The notes under the pieces are model-generated. The model searched no databases. It was given only the letters and a program-made list of their open reading frames with translations, and was not told the origin of the DNA. DNA of 54,351 bases from Girardia tigrina. Its lineage: Eukaryota. Location: contig MQRK01197567.1 of assembly GCA_001938485.1 (NCBI GenBank), forward strand, positions 1 to 54,351, given 5' to 3'. Made by a program: the position numbers and the translations under genes. Positions within the stretch are counted from its first letter, which is position 1. Every line of letters starts with the position of its first letter. This document shows, in pieces, positions 1 through 12,527 of this stretch.

Positions 1-1154
1 TTGAAAAGGAGCTCGTTTTTGGACCATAAAAAAACTAATTTTGTCAATTGTATTTTTCAAAAAGAAAAAAGTAAGCGAATTTTAAAAAATCATGTTTTTT
101 TAGTAAAAACTAAAAAGACTGGTGATGCAGGAACATTATATCAAGTTTTCTACCCACGTAGAATAATTTTATTTATTGTGATTTTGTTTGTTAGTTGGAG
201 TGAAGGAAATTCCAGGACTGCTCAAAAGTAACAGACGATCCAGAAACGCTAGGCCCCCTATCTGAATGCATTAGTTCCGANNNNNNNNNNNNNNNNNNNN
301 NNNNNNNNNNNNNNNNNNNNNNNNNNNNNNATAATTTTATTTATTGTGATTTTGTTTGTTAGTTGGAGTGAAGGAAATTCCAGGACTGCTCAAAAGTAAC
401 AGACGATCCAGAAACGCTAGGCCCCCTATCTGAATGCATTAGTTCCGACGGTTCCGTTATAGTTTCTTCTGTGACACCTTCTGTCGTTATTTCTTCAGTC
501 AGTCTGATTTTTTTATTTGCCGGAAAATTGCTTGAATGCGAAGCTGAAAAGAAAACAATAATCTTCTTCATTTTTAAAGTGGGATAAATTAATTAAATAT
601 AATTTTATAAATCAATTAATAATAAATTTTTAAATTTGCTCTTTTAATGTTTTAAATTTAAATTTGTTTTATTTTAAACTTTCTATTCATTGCGTTTAAA
701 AACAAGCGTGAACTTATTAATAATAATGACGTCACATTACGCGCGTGTTTATAAATAATGTGGCTGCGTAAGCTCTTTTCAGGTGACGGATGCGTTTTCA
801 ATGTGGATATATAATTTTTGACGGCTAAATAACTTGCCCGGCGTTAATAACGAACACGACCTTAATATGAGTTATACGCAGTACGTACTAATCGGTACGA
901 TGCGAATATTATATTATACTACGGTAGACCATTTTTTACATTAGTTTTTTAATGTGTTTAAGTGTTATAGATGCAATTTTATAATTTCAAATTCAGATTT
1001 ATCATAAAATTATTATTATGAAATATGAATAATATAAAAATTTAAAAATATACATTAAAAAAAGAAAAAATTACATATATTTTTTTTATTTTTCATCACT
1101 TGAAAAAGGTACCGGTACGCCGTACCGGCGCGTACCGTCACAAAAAAAGCACTG
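1..1154 (-). mobile_element. Probable 5' end of a hAT-like DNA transposon (terminus at 1154); short ORF 571->359 may be the first exon of its transposase
   Basis: Minus strand begins CAGTGCTTTTTTTGTGACGGTACGCGCCGGTACGGCGTACCGGTACC, a CAG-initiated terminus with palindromic GGTACC/CGGTACG subterminal motifs like those of invertebrate hAT elements. The same terminus is duplicated at about 1963-2009. Confidence 0.45.
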
Positions 1155-2208
1155 ATAATTTTAATTCACAAATTATTTTTTTGAAAAGTTGAATTGCAAT
1201 TGCAAAATGTATATTGATTTGTAATAGTTGAATTGCAGTTAACTTTAATTAAATTGTTTTAATGCAATGTAATTGCGATAACCCCGCAGAGTTTTTTGAA
1301 AATAATAAAGAATTTAAAAATCCATTGATATTTGACTTTGTATCTCAATTAATATGTCATTAAGACTATATTGGAATCCCAAAAAAATCGTTTTCATCAA
1401 CTGATTCCGAAAATATAATATGAAGACCTGTAAGGGATAATTATTGATTTTTGGTTGTTTGAAATTATTTTGTGTTTTATGTTTCATAAATTTTGTGTAA
1501 TCTTTTGTTTAAGTATGTTGAAATGCTTACTCTCACCAATAATTGATATTAGCTATCTAAGAAAATTAATTCAATTTAATACGAAATTAAATAACTGTAA
1601 ATTGATATAAAAGATAGTTTGTTTTATTATTGATTATTGTGCAGTTTTTAAAATGTGAACCGAAAAGTTAATTACTAATGTTTTTAAGAATNNNNNNNNN
1701 NNNNNNNNNNNNNNNNNNNNNNNNNNNNNNNNNNNNNNNNNACGTACTAATCGGTACGATGCGAATATTATATTATACTACGGTAGACCATTTTTTACAT
1801 TAGTTTTTTAATGTGTTTAAGTGTTATAGATGCAATTTTAAAATTTCAAATTCCGATTTACCATAAAATTATTATTATGAAATATGAATAATATAAAAAT
1901 TTAAAAATATACATTAAAAAACGAAAAAATTATATTTTTTTTATTTTTCATCACTTGAAAAAGGTACCGGTACGCCGTACCGGCGCGTACCGTCACAAAA
2001 AAAGCACTGATAATTTTAATTCACAAATTATTTTTTGAAAAGTTGAATTGCAATTGCAAAATGTATATTGATTTGGAATAGTTGAATTGCAATTAACTTT
2101 AATTACATTGTTTTAATGCAATGTAATTGCGATAACCCCGCAGAGTTTTTTGAAAATAATAAAGAATTTAAAAATCCATTGATATTCAACTTTTGTATCT
2201 CAATTAAT

Positions 2209-3030
2209 ATGTCATTAAGACTATATTGGAATCCCAAAAAATCGTTTTCATCAACTGATTCCGATTGTATTATGAGTAACGAAAATATAATATGAAGACC
2301 TGTAAAGGATAATTATTGATTTTTGGTTGTTTGAAATTATTTTGTGTTTTATGTTTCATAAATTTTGTGTAATCTTTTGTTTAAGTATGTTTGAAATGCT
2401 TACTCTCACCAATAATCGATATTAGCTATCTAAGAAAATTAATTAAATTTAATACGAAATTAAATAACTGTAAATTGATATAAAAGATAGTTTGTTTTAT
2501 TATTGATTATTGTGCAGTTTTTAAAATGTGAACCGAAAAGTTAATTACTAATGTTTTTAAGAATAAATGAATTGGATCGAACTGCATTATAATCAATACT
2601 CCGAATGCAAGAAAATTTCCTCCATATATTGAGAATTACAATAGTAAACCTCTCGATGAAACGTTAGTTATAGCTTAATTTTATGCCGAGAAAAAGAATC
2701 TTATAGGTAAAGACGACTGAGAGTTGCATTGCATAAGAAAAGGAATATCTCTTGGCTACGGTTGTTCGATGGGGCATCGATCCAGAAGTGGAACAAATGC
2801 TCTCTACGATATTTTGAATGTTTCGCTAAAACGGCACTCAAAATAATGACCATAATTATAACGAAAATTCAAAATAAAAGTTTATAGGTGATAAACTAAC
2901 CATTTATAAAAATATTAATTTTTTAGTCACTATTTTGACGGTGCCCACTGAAACAAATCATATGAAGATGTATGCAATTCATATTGTATATATACATCTA
3001 GAGCAAAAGAAAATGACTATGATTTATTGA
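2209..3030 (+). pseudogene. Glutathione S-transferase (sigma/mu-like) unprocessed pseudogene
   Basis: Exon 1 from ATG 2209 reads MSLRLYWNPK../QLIPIVL*VTKI*YED. A GT donor lies at 2302, a CTAAT branch-like site near 2548 and an AG acceptor at 2560-2561. Exon 2 reads TPNARKFPPYIENYNSKPLDETLVIA*FYAEKKNLIGKDD*E ... LYDILNVSLK ... KFIGDKLTI, colinear with GST motifs (YEDxR, LP, ESLAIARY, GKDDWE, VGDKLT). Many stops and frameshifts. Confidence 0.6.
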
Positions 3031-4599
3031 GATGTTCAGACTAGGAAATCAGGGCATAAAAGAAGAAAGACATAATTTTCTAACAAAAAATTTAGAAAAA
3101 CGGCGGCGGTCGAATGACTCTCTTTTAATACTAATTAGCGGTTTCGTTTAATAATTGAATTTCAAGCATAACGTTTGTTAACGAAACTTGACTTAATTAT
3201 CGTTTCAACGAGAGTCATGAATGAAAAAAGGTTGCTGAATCATTGCTAATGTAATGAANNNNNNNNNNNNNNNNNNNNNNNNNNNNNNNNNNNNNNNNNN
3301 NNNNNNNNGACGACTGGGAGTTGCATTGCATAAGAAAAGGAATATCTCTGGGCTACGGTTGTTCGATGGGGCATCGATCCAGAAGTGGAACAAATGCTCT
3401 CTACGATATTTTGAATGTTTCGCTAAAACGACACTCAAAATAATGACCATAATTATAACGAAAATTCAAAATAAAAGTTTATAGGTGATAAACTAACCAT
3501 TTATAAAAATATTAATTTTTTAGTCACTATTTTGACGGTGCCCATTGAAACAAATCATACGAAGATGTATGCAATTCATATTGTATATATACATCTAGAG
3601 CAAAAGAAAATGACTATGATTTATTGAGATGTTCAGGCTAGGAAATCAGGACATAAAAGAAGAAAGACATAATTTTCTAACAAAAAATTTAGAAAAACGG
3701 CGGCGGTCGAATGACTCTCTTTTAATACTAATTAGTGGTTTCGTTTAATAATTGAATTTCAAGCATAACGTTTGTTAACGAAACTTGACTTAATTATCGT
3801 TTCAACGAGAGTCATGAATGAAAAAAGGTTGCTGAATCATTGCTAATGTAATGAACATTTGTCCTTCTACACGATATTGTTTTGTATATTCACTTTTACA
3901 TTATTCATTCTGATATAAAATGACTATTTGTTCCAGTCATAGCATTTACTTAATTGTTTAAAACAACTACTATTATTATTTATATTATATTATTATTTGT
4001 ATTTTTTTCTCATTTTTTTAAAGATTTTTTTGTTAGTTAGACACGATTTTATAACTAAGATCAATAGTATAAATGTATTGCTAAAAAACCCATAGGAAAA
4101 AAGTCCAGACAATATTTCTTACGTAATTAATAATAATTATTATATTTTAACATAAATCGGAAAATGTTTTTTTTTCAAATTTAGAGAAAACATTCGGAGA
4201 TGATTCGTGTTTCCATTTTTGTTAGAATAATTAATATTTTATTATGTCAATGTTTCAATGCTTTTAGTCAAAGTTGAATGTCTTGGTGGTAAACCAGACC
4301 CCTTTGAGAAGAAGTAAACATTTTATATACGTAAATAATAATACCTAACATCTAAAAACTTGTAAACTCTTCTAAATGCTATCTTCAAAACTTATACTAA
4401 TACTTAATAATTCTAATCAAATGTACGCTGTACATTGTACACGTACGTTAATTAACAATAAAAAACTAAAACCATTTTTCTTTTTTTTAAGTGTACAATA
4501 ATACAATTTTTATTTTGGAAAAATAATAAAAAACAAATTTATCGTTTTAATGTTAGAATTATAATAATAATTTTTGTCCGCCTCTGGCAGAATTCACTC

Positions 4600-5170
4600 G
4601 GCAGGATTCACTCTCTACAAGCGCCTATATGGTGTAATGCAGTGGATTCACATCTGGTGAAAATGTTGACCACTTGTCTTAGGTTGTAAAAAATACGACT
4701 TTGTCATCCAAGAAATCTGCTCTTGAAAAATACTTTGTTCTGCTGATCGTTTGTTCTTTCCTGATGTCACCATCTACTAAGCAAATGACACGGTTATTGT
4801 AACGGTTTGATGATGTTAAAGTTTTTTATCTTCAAAAACGTTAAAAATTGATGCTAGACGCGACTTCATGTCGTTCAAATGAGCCTGATGCTATTCAAAG
4901 CGATTCATTGTATTGGTTAGTAAAGATTTCTCGATTATTACCAGACTCTTATCATCAAGTTACTTGACAACATAACTGAAATGTGACTTATGAACACTAA
5001 AATCTGAAGCATTGGCTTCAATGTTCCTTCGGAGATGGGATAGGTTTATTTTTGTTTTTCGACCACTCCTAGGAATGTCTTCCTGACTCTCATTTGTAGA
5101 CAATTGTTTACAAACTTGATCTACTGTTCGCACAATGTGAGAATCTCATCATGTTTTGCGGCCATGTGTT
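4600..5170 (-). mobile_element. Degenerate Tc1/mariner transposase (maT/DD37D-like)
   Basis: Minus-strand translation gives EDIPRSGRKTK (HTH linker) and KWSTFSPDVNPLHYTI*ALVES (compare WPPSSPDLNPLDYSIWGILES). Internally deleted, with stops. Confidence 0.7.
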
Positions 5171-5929
5171 TATAAACAGATTTCTAAATATCAAAGATTA
5201 ATTTAAAAAGATTTTCAATACTTATAATCTCTAAACTAAATATAAATAAATTGATATATATCAGCTTAAGTTCCTAAAATCTAGTGTCAAACTCCATCGA
5301 CAAGATTTTCACAAAACCCGGTATAAAATTAGAAAATAATACCAATTTCAATTCGTTTTTAAAAATAGATTTTAATGATTAAATCAACATACAAAAATTG
5401 TGAGACTTATTAAAGAATAATCTTTAATTAATTTTAATTAAATGAATTTATATTTGAATGATAATTGAAAAACACCGAGGAGTTTAAGGACACAAATATT
5501 GAAATAAATATTTATATTTATATAATTTATAACTTATAAATACATTAATGAAGAAACATTTCGACACAGGGTAAACAGAGGTTCTACATTAAAGAATAGT
5601 TGTAAGAACTAACACTAACATAATTGATTACATCGCCGACCACCCTTTTTTATAGTATTGGAGTTGATAAACTATTTTCTATGAAGAACAAGAAAATAGA
5701 ATAATGAAATACCAGATAATTTTGATGAATTCGATAATAAGAGCACATTATGCCAGTATTTTGTTGAATATCCGTGAAACTTTATAATCTCAGAAACTTT
5801 TATAAGCATTGTATTTACAATATTATGACAAATTCATATCTATTGACTCTTTCAGGACACAACAGCGGTCCTATTCCCTTTCGGCTAAAGTAAACCACAG
5901 CATCACTGACTGAGTCGTCTAAGGCTTCC

Positions 5930-6270
5930 TTTTTCCTTTCTGATACGTGCACTGAATATAACGAAATCATGGTCAGAACCACAATTAAAGGCAGGATAAC
6001 TGCGGATACCAGTGTATCCATTGTCTAGATTTTTTCATATAAGAAAAAAAATCACGTATCTCTCTTTTTTTCGTGTAGCTGGATGGATGCAGCTAGTTCT
6101 TTGACTAAAGATCTTCTTGCAGAAGATGTTTTCTACCCATAGTCAACAGGATTGATCAATCTCGAACAGCAGTTCCCCATTTTCAGATGTTTTTGATCCG
6201 CTCGCATAGATTCCTACAGTGGTAGTACAACTGGGGCATGCAGGGAGAGAATAGTCGCTCTGAAGATCAA
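5930..6270 (-). mobile_element. APE-type endonuclease fragment of an RTE-like non-LTR retrotransposon
   Basis: VGIYASGSKTSENGELL..LWVENIFCKK..CIHPAT..IRSYPAFNCGSDHDFV matches the LINE endonuclease motifs N-G-x-x-L, NTFF, TWxHP and SDH. Confidence 0.7.
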
Positions 6271-6424
6271 CGAGAAAAATCTGACAAACATAGGCTTTGA
6301 ACTAATTAATGACTTTTAATTTACCAATACAATACAATACAATACAATAGACAGTGCCGGAGGATTGAATGGAATAATGATGGAATATAAAGTAAAAAGA
6401 AGAACTCCAAGAAAAATTATTTAT

Positions 6425-7240
6425 TCAGTATTTTTTTACGCACCTTTTGCTCTTAACAAGCTTTGTACAGGTCGGTACATGCTTGTCGGAATAGTAGTAC
6501 AAAAGTTTCTAATAATTTGGGAGTTATACCACACATTCTGACATGCCTGCCAAAGTTCTTCATTGGACAAATTTCTTTTGCGAATCTGCTTTTTCAGCAA
6601 TGACTAGGCTTGCATCTGAGATATTAGTCAAGCAGATGAATTCCGTAAATGTCCAGATGCTGCATGGTCACACAATACTTGTGACAGGGAGCGTTATTTT
6701 GTTGATAAATCCACTTTATGCAAACAGGAAACTACTCCTCATCCTGAGGCAGCAGGCTATCGTCGATGAATTAACGATACTGATCCGAGTTCATACAGCT
6801 TACCAGGTCTCTTGTGTGAGATTGATCCCCAAATCATCAGTCATCCACTCTTTGTGCTGAACTGTTCATCTCCTTCATTGCGGCTGACAACAAGGGCTTC
6901 GTAACGATATGCCTGTTGGCCATGCATTTGTAAATCTTCTCGCAGTCTTCGAGTTTAAACATGATCTGCAGGGGCTTCAAAAGCCTCCTTGTTTGCCGTG
7001 GCATTCATAATGGGATCACTGATTTCAAAAATGCGGTCGGACAGTCTCTTGCTAATGAGATGTTTCTTGCATTTCTTGTCTTTGCTACGTGGAAGCATGT
7101 TACCTGTCTCTCTTTACCGTTTCAGCAATTTTGGCACTGCAGACTGCGTACATGCAACATTGCATGCAATTTCCTGTTGCGTTTGGGTGGTGTTGTTGGC
7201 AAGAGTTAGTATTTTCCCTCTCTGCGTAGCTGTTAAATCG
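6425..7240 (-). mobile_element. Degenerate Tc1 transposase (near full span, internally deleted)
   Basis: DLTATQRGKILTL..TQQEIACNVACTQSAVPKLLKR*RETG (paired-like HTH), KPLLS, LMIWGSIS, WIYQQNNAPCHK and the C-terminus MYRPVQSLLRAKG. Confidence 0.8.
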
Positions 7241-7844
7241 ATAATTATAGTCTGGAAGCAATTAAGAAATGAGCTATTTTTAGATGAATGATCCATTTGC
7301 ATATAAATAACTTGTTCGTACTACATACTGAAAGTGTGGACATAAAATAATTCTTCATTATATATGTACACAAGCCTTTCTTCTATACATCTTATTCATT
7401 TACAAGAGATTTCTTTTACATTATTCTATTAAATCCACCGACACTGTACATATGAGGAAAAGACTGAATTTTAGCACCAATTACAGAGTCGGAACGTACG
7501 AGTTAAATACTTTGCTCAGTCGAGAATTTTTATTAACGTTAGTCTGGTTATTTGAATTTGAAAGTAAATGAATGAATATTCATTTTTATTCTTTTATTTA
7601 AGTTTACATAATTCACATTAATTAATGAATAGGGCCTTAGTTTATTAGTTGATGATATTTAGATTATGCCAATTAATTAATAATGTTTTGATTATGTCCC
7701 ATCTTTATTTTACTTAATAAAACAAATTTTGTTACAACCATTTAAGGTCACACAATTTTAAATCCTCCTTAAAAAGACATTTATTCATACAGATTTAATT
7801 GCGCATTACTTGTAAATAAATAACAAAAGAAAGAGTGATGATGT

Positions 7845-8010
7845 GGTTTCCCGCGCGTAAAATCGTCGAGGAATAAATGGATTGACAAACTTTTGTAAGG
7901 ATCTGAAGTCCATCGGAGTATTAGGATTAAAAGCGACCATGAAGAGGTTACATATAACGAGGATCAGATCGCGTTAATCTCACTTTGATAAAGTGATAAA
8001 GTTGATTAAT
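7845..8010 (+). mobile_element. Possible 3' end of an RTE-like LINE
   Basis: PRVKSSRNKWIDK../KDLKSIG resembles the RTE C-terminal GRPRxRWxDxIxxDL motif, and is followed by short GATAAAGT repeats like an RTE tail. Confidence 0.35.
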
Positions 8011-10749
8011 CCAACACCGTCTCATCAGTTACCATTTACAATAAAAGAAAATTATTGAGTAAAATAATAAGTTTCTGATTTCATTATCGAAATATATTTT
8101 TAATAAAATTTAACATGTTTTTTTGAATATCAATTTACAACTTCGTGACCATTTTCATATTATTATTATTTTTATTATTACTACTTTTATTATTATTAAT
8201 ACATTAGAAAGCAATTTCTGAATCATATGAATCAATTAGGTTCATCCGAAAGTTGTTCAAGAGGGGGCACAAGTCTCGCCAAATAGATGCGGTAAGTCAG
8301 TTGTCTGTTTTGATATTTCCTATATGTTCACTGCATATTTTCGTCGCCTGACATAAACGTGAAATTGTAATTAAACAAGTTCACGATTATGTTTTCCAAA
8401 CTCTCATCATAGGTAAATGAGAATGTCGAATAGACGCTGTCAAAGTAATTAATTTTGAACTTTACCAAATTCTAACAGCATAGAACAGACTACCTACTTT
8501 ATCACTCCCAGAATCATGGGCCAGATTTATTGCCAACTCTTTTCTGAAATATTATTGACACTTGGGATTATTTTCGGATCACTTTTATGAACCTCTTTGG
8601 AATATAAACAACTGCAATAAAATGTTAATAGTCAAATTAAATATAATTTAAAAACTTATGTAATGAAAACATATCCAAGTAAAAAGGCATAAAAAGTAAT
8701 CTTTTAGCATTAACATTTAATATATATTTATTATTGAACATTAAAAAATGAGAAAGAATATTAAAGTTGTTGTGGTCCGCCCGCTCCCGGCCACTTAATT
8801 GTTACGATTGTTTCCAATCTGAGATCCCGCTCAGTCGTCGGCCCGACTTCGGGAAGTCAGCCTGATCTCGCTATCACGCTCAGGCATTTGAGATACGCCG
8901 GTTCCTTTGTCGCTTTTGGCAGGTTTTGATAAACGTGATAAGTCGAAGAATAAAAATAAGATTAAGCAAATAAGCATTGACGAAATTCGAATCGACACGA
9001 CTTTTGAGTCAGTCGTAAAGCGACATTCGTTTCGAGAAGAAATAACAGACGACATTTTTGATTGAAAACGTTTATTTCATTTATACACTTTTTATTTGCA
9101 CAGATTTAAAACGTTAAAACAAGCGCTGATAATTCTCAATTTTAATTACTAATCATAACACAATTTTTACTAGTTTTTATTGAAATTATTGGAGCACCAC
9201 AGTTGTGAAAGAGCTCTTGCCTTAGTTCGTAAACCTTGAAATATGTATTAACATGTTATATAAAAGTATTTATCTATTTCTTACAACAATACTACAAAGT
9301 AATTGCTAAAAAGATTGCTTTGTACATAATAAATCTGAATATCTCCAAAAGAATTGATAGTCAACGAAGGTCTGACCAGACTTTTGACGATATAGCCCGT
9401 AAAATCAAGTTTTCATTTTACAAAATGTTTCCAATATAATTATTGGCCATTAAATAAAAGAGGGAAAGAATAAATTAATGTGCAATATGAATGAGTCAAT
9501 AACTATTATAAATTCTGTAGAAATAAAACCGACCCGAGACTACCCGCGGACCGCCGGTGAACCTCGGCTCAAATAAGATGTATCGACCGTCCCTGCTCTA
9601 TCCGATGGTCGTCACATTATTGGTCAATTTGGATGGAAGATCATAGGGATCATTATAAATACATGGAAATAAATGTATTATTAAAATAGATGTAATGAAT
9701 ATTTTCGCTTTTTCTGATTCTAAATTCCTCTTATATTTAATAAATAATTTCAATGATCTTTAATTTTCGATTTAAAACACTTTATATTTCTATATTTTTA
9801 TATTTTTCAAACTTTTCCACTCCGCTCTTGAGTTGCTAACAATTAACATTGGTTTTTAAAGCTTATATGTGTTGATAAGTGGTGATTGCGCAATCGGTTG
9901 TGTCATTAATGTTCTATTTGAAAATGTTTAATATAAAGCTTGAGTGAGAAGCTTGAATATTAATGTTCGGATACATTGATTATATTACTAAGGCCTCTCT
10001 CTCAACAATTTTTAAATCGATTGCACAGAATTTAAAAATCATTTTCTTCTATTTTATTTTTACATTTCGTCATCTCTGCAAATGGATCAAAGCAGATGGC
10101 AAAAGGGTAATTAGTTACTAAAATAAATGATAAAAATGACGTTCAATAATTTTTAATGATTTTAAAGGCCATTTGTTTTATATTTCATATATTTTAGCTT
10201 TTCTTCATTTTGAATATTTACAATAAGTAACAAAATTAAGAACATCCTTCTTCAACTCATACATATATGAATAAGTTACATAAAAGATTCATATTTACGA
10301 GTTTATACTTTAATTTAGATTAGAAAAGTAAATATAATTATTAAAATTTACAATATATACTTTTTGAGTTATTTTGTCTTTTACTTGATCTTATGAAAGA
10401 TGATACATAACTGTTGATAATAATGAGTCTTTTTACCTTAAACTGTATTTTAGGTTTTTCCTACTACATCCTTTTTCAGTTATTGAAAATTTTACATCGC
10501 ATATCTATGTAAAGACAAAGTTAACAATTTTCTGATTCCTAAAATTGTGATGTCATCTTTAATATAATTTTACACTTGAATCAATCCGTCTTTTTATTCC
10601 TTTGAATACATTATTTTTCTTATGATTTTTTTCATATTAAAAATCAGATAATATATTATTCAAATATATCGGAAGTTTTCTGAACTGCATTGTTGAGTCA
10701 TAAAAGAGAAATTATTAAAGACAAACTTTAAACTTTATCAAAAGAAGAA

Positions 10750-11020
10750 AAGCACATGGGAGAAGATACCCGATATTCTTTGCATTGCGGCGCTTTTGCC
10801 ACTGACAGTTTGTCAGAAAATAAAAATATCACACCCATGACATGATTCTGCAGTGGTTATCAGCATGATTCATCCCTGACCAAACTGTCTTACCTAATGA
10901 CATAACTCATACTGACCGGCCCCAACTACGACTTACTAATGAGACTGCTATCTTCTGATCAGACTGGATTAGCATTATGATTGCAACAGTCACTGAAATG
11001 ATGTAGTGTCAGAATGACAT
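10750..11020 (+). mobile_element. Possible C-terminal (zinc-knuckle) fragment of an L1/Tx1-like ORF2
   Basis: GEDTRYSLHCGAFATDSLSE../KYHTHDMILQWLS resembles a decayed C-x2-C-x8-H-x4-C region followed by W-L. The stretch has higher GC than its flanks. Confidence 0.35.
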
Positions 11021-11432
11021 ATAAGCCAATTTTCCATCAAAATAGAATTATCTTCTCATAATATTAAAATTGCCGTTTCAAATTAAAACGAATAACAATA
11101 ATTGTCAAACAAAGCAGTTGCACTAGACGAGATCGAGTGAATAGCTTCGATCCAGCTCATCAGGTTGCATCGTCGTCCCAGGGGGATAGGATTTTTCATT
11201 TATTTTATGTACAAAGTCGCTTATATTTATTACTTACACTGATTTTTACATTTTTTAAGATAAACGTTATTATTATATTATACGCGTGTATCTGTATGAG
11301 CTCTAATCCATAATAAATCGAATGAACTTTTAATAAAACTAATATAAAAAATTGTTAAAAATGCGATTAATCGTATTTGACCAATTATTTAGTCTTAAGA
11401 GTTTAATTTATCACAAAAAATCAATTAAATCG

Positions 11433-11442
11433 ATATATATAT

Positions 11443-11496
<54 letters not shown>
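11433..11496. repeat. (TA)n/(CA)n microsatellite
   Basis: Directly visible. It runs into an N gap. Confidence 0.95.
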
Positions 11497-11686
11497 NNNN
11501 NNNNNNNNNNNNNNNNNNNNNNNNNNNNNNNNNNNNNNNNNNNNNNNNNNNNAGCGCTCAAAAATAACTGGACGAAGTGAAAATTGGCTATATCTCTTGA
11601 ATGGTATTAAATATATTAATGAAATTTTGCCAAAATGTGTAGCTTAACAGTTTGATATCTTTCATAAAAAAAATGAAATCATTTAC

Positions 11687-11760
11687 AGTGGCGTAGCGAG
11701 GATATTTGGCGCCCGGGGCAAGACACCAAAATTTGCGCCCCCCCCGACTCGGGGGGGGGG
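11687..11760 (+). mobile_element. hAT-like terminus nested in the Tc1-like element
   Basis: CAGTGGCGTAGCGAGG...GGCGCCCGGGGCAA...GCGCCCCCCC is a common hAT/MITE terminal pattern. Confidence 0.55.
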
Positions 11761-12071
11761 AATCATTTTTAAATGATTCATTTAAAAATTTTTTTATAAA
11801 ATCAAGCCATATTAATTTTTTACACAGTTCAAAAATAATCGGACACGAACAAAAATATATTTAATAATCATACCAAAAACATTTTTGGTGTACAAGCTTT
11901 TATAATTTGTCATATGTTTGCGGTTCTGTATCTATTTCACCTACTTCCCACATTTTTTGACTGAATTATCAAAGCCTACTAATTTTTTTGTACTACTGAG
12001 GAAAACATGAGAACGACACTTTAATTACTTTTTGCAGCTAAATTAAAGGCGGTAGATGAGCAGTGACAGTG

Positions 12072-12527
12072 AAAAAGTGTATTGTCACCTAGAATACATC
12101 AGTCTTGAAAGTTTCATGTCGCTAGGTGAACGGGAAGTGGGTGAATTTTCGATCGCAAGATTTGATGCATCCAGACAGACAAACAAACAAATGAAACGTA
12201 ATAAAAGCTTGTAAAAATAATAATACTAATATTTATTTGGTAATTTGATAGAGTTTTAATTTCATTCATGAAAATAAAGGAAAAGATGGCTATGTAATAC
12301 AGTGTATAAATTTGTAGATAATCATAAGTGGTTTTTTGCAAATAAAATATAAAAAAATTATTTTTCTTTTAAAGTCTTCAAGAAAAAGTATATTGTCACC
12401 TAGAATACATCAGTACTGAAAGTTTCATGTCGCTAGGTGAACGGGAAGTGGGTGAAATTTCGATCGCAAGATTTGATCCATACAGACAAACAAACAAACA
12501 AACAAATGAAACGTAATAAAAGCTTGT
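12072..12527 (+). repeat. Two ~140-bp direct copies (12072-12212, 12383-12527) of a Helentron/DINE-like 3' end
   Basis: Near-identical copies containing AAGTTTCATG, a (CAAA)n microsatellite and a terminal TAATAAAAGCTTGT. Confidence 0.55.

Noticed and set aside
163-3855. Direct duplications 163-280/331-448, ~883-1691/1742-2565 and ~2711-3258/3309-3855
   Set aside because: Each pair sits exactly on either side of a 50-N gap and differs by only a few substitutions or indels. This is typical of unmerged allelic contig overlaps, not biological tandem repeats.
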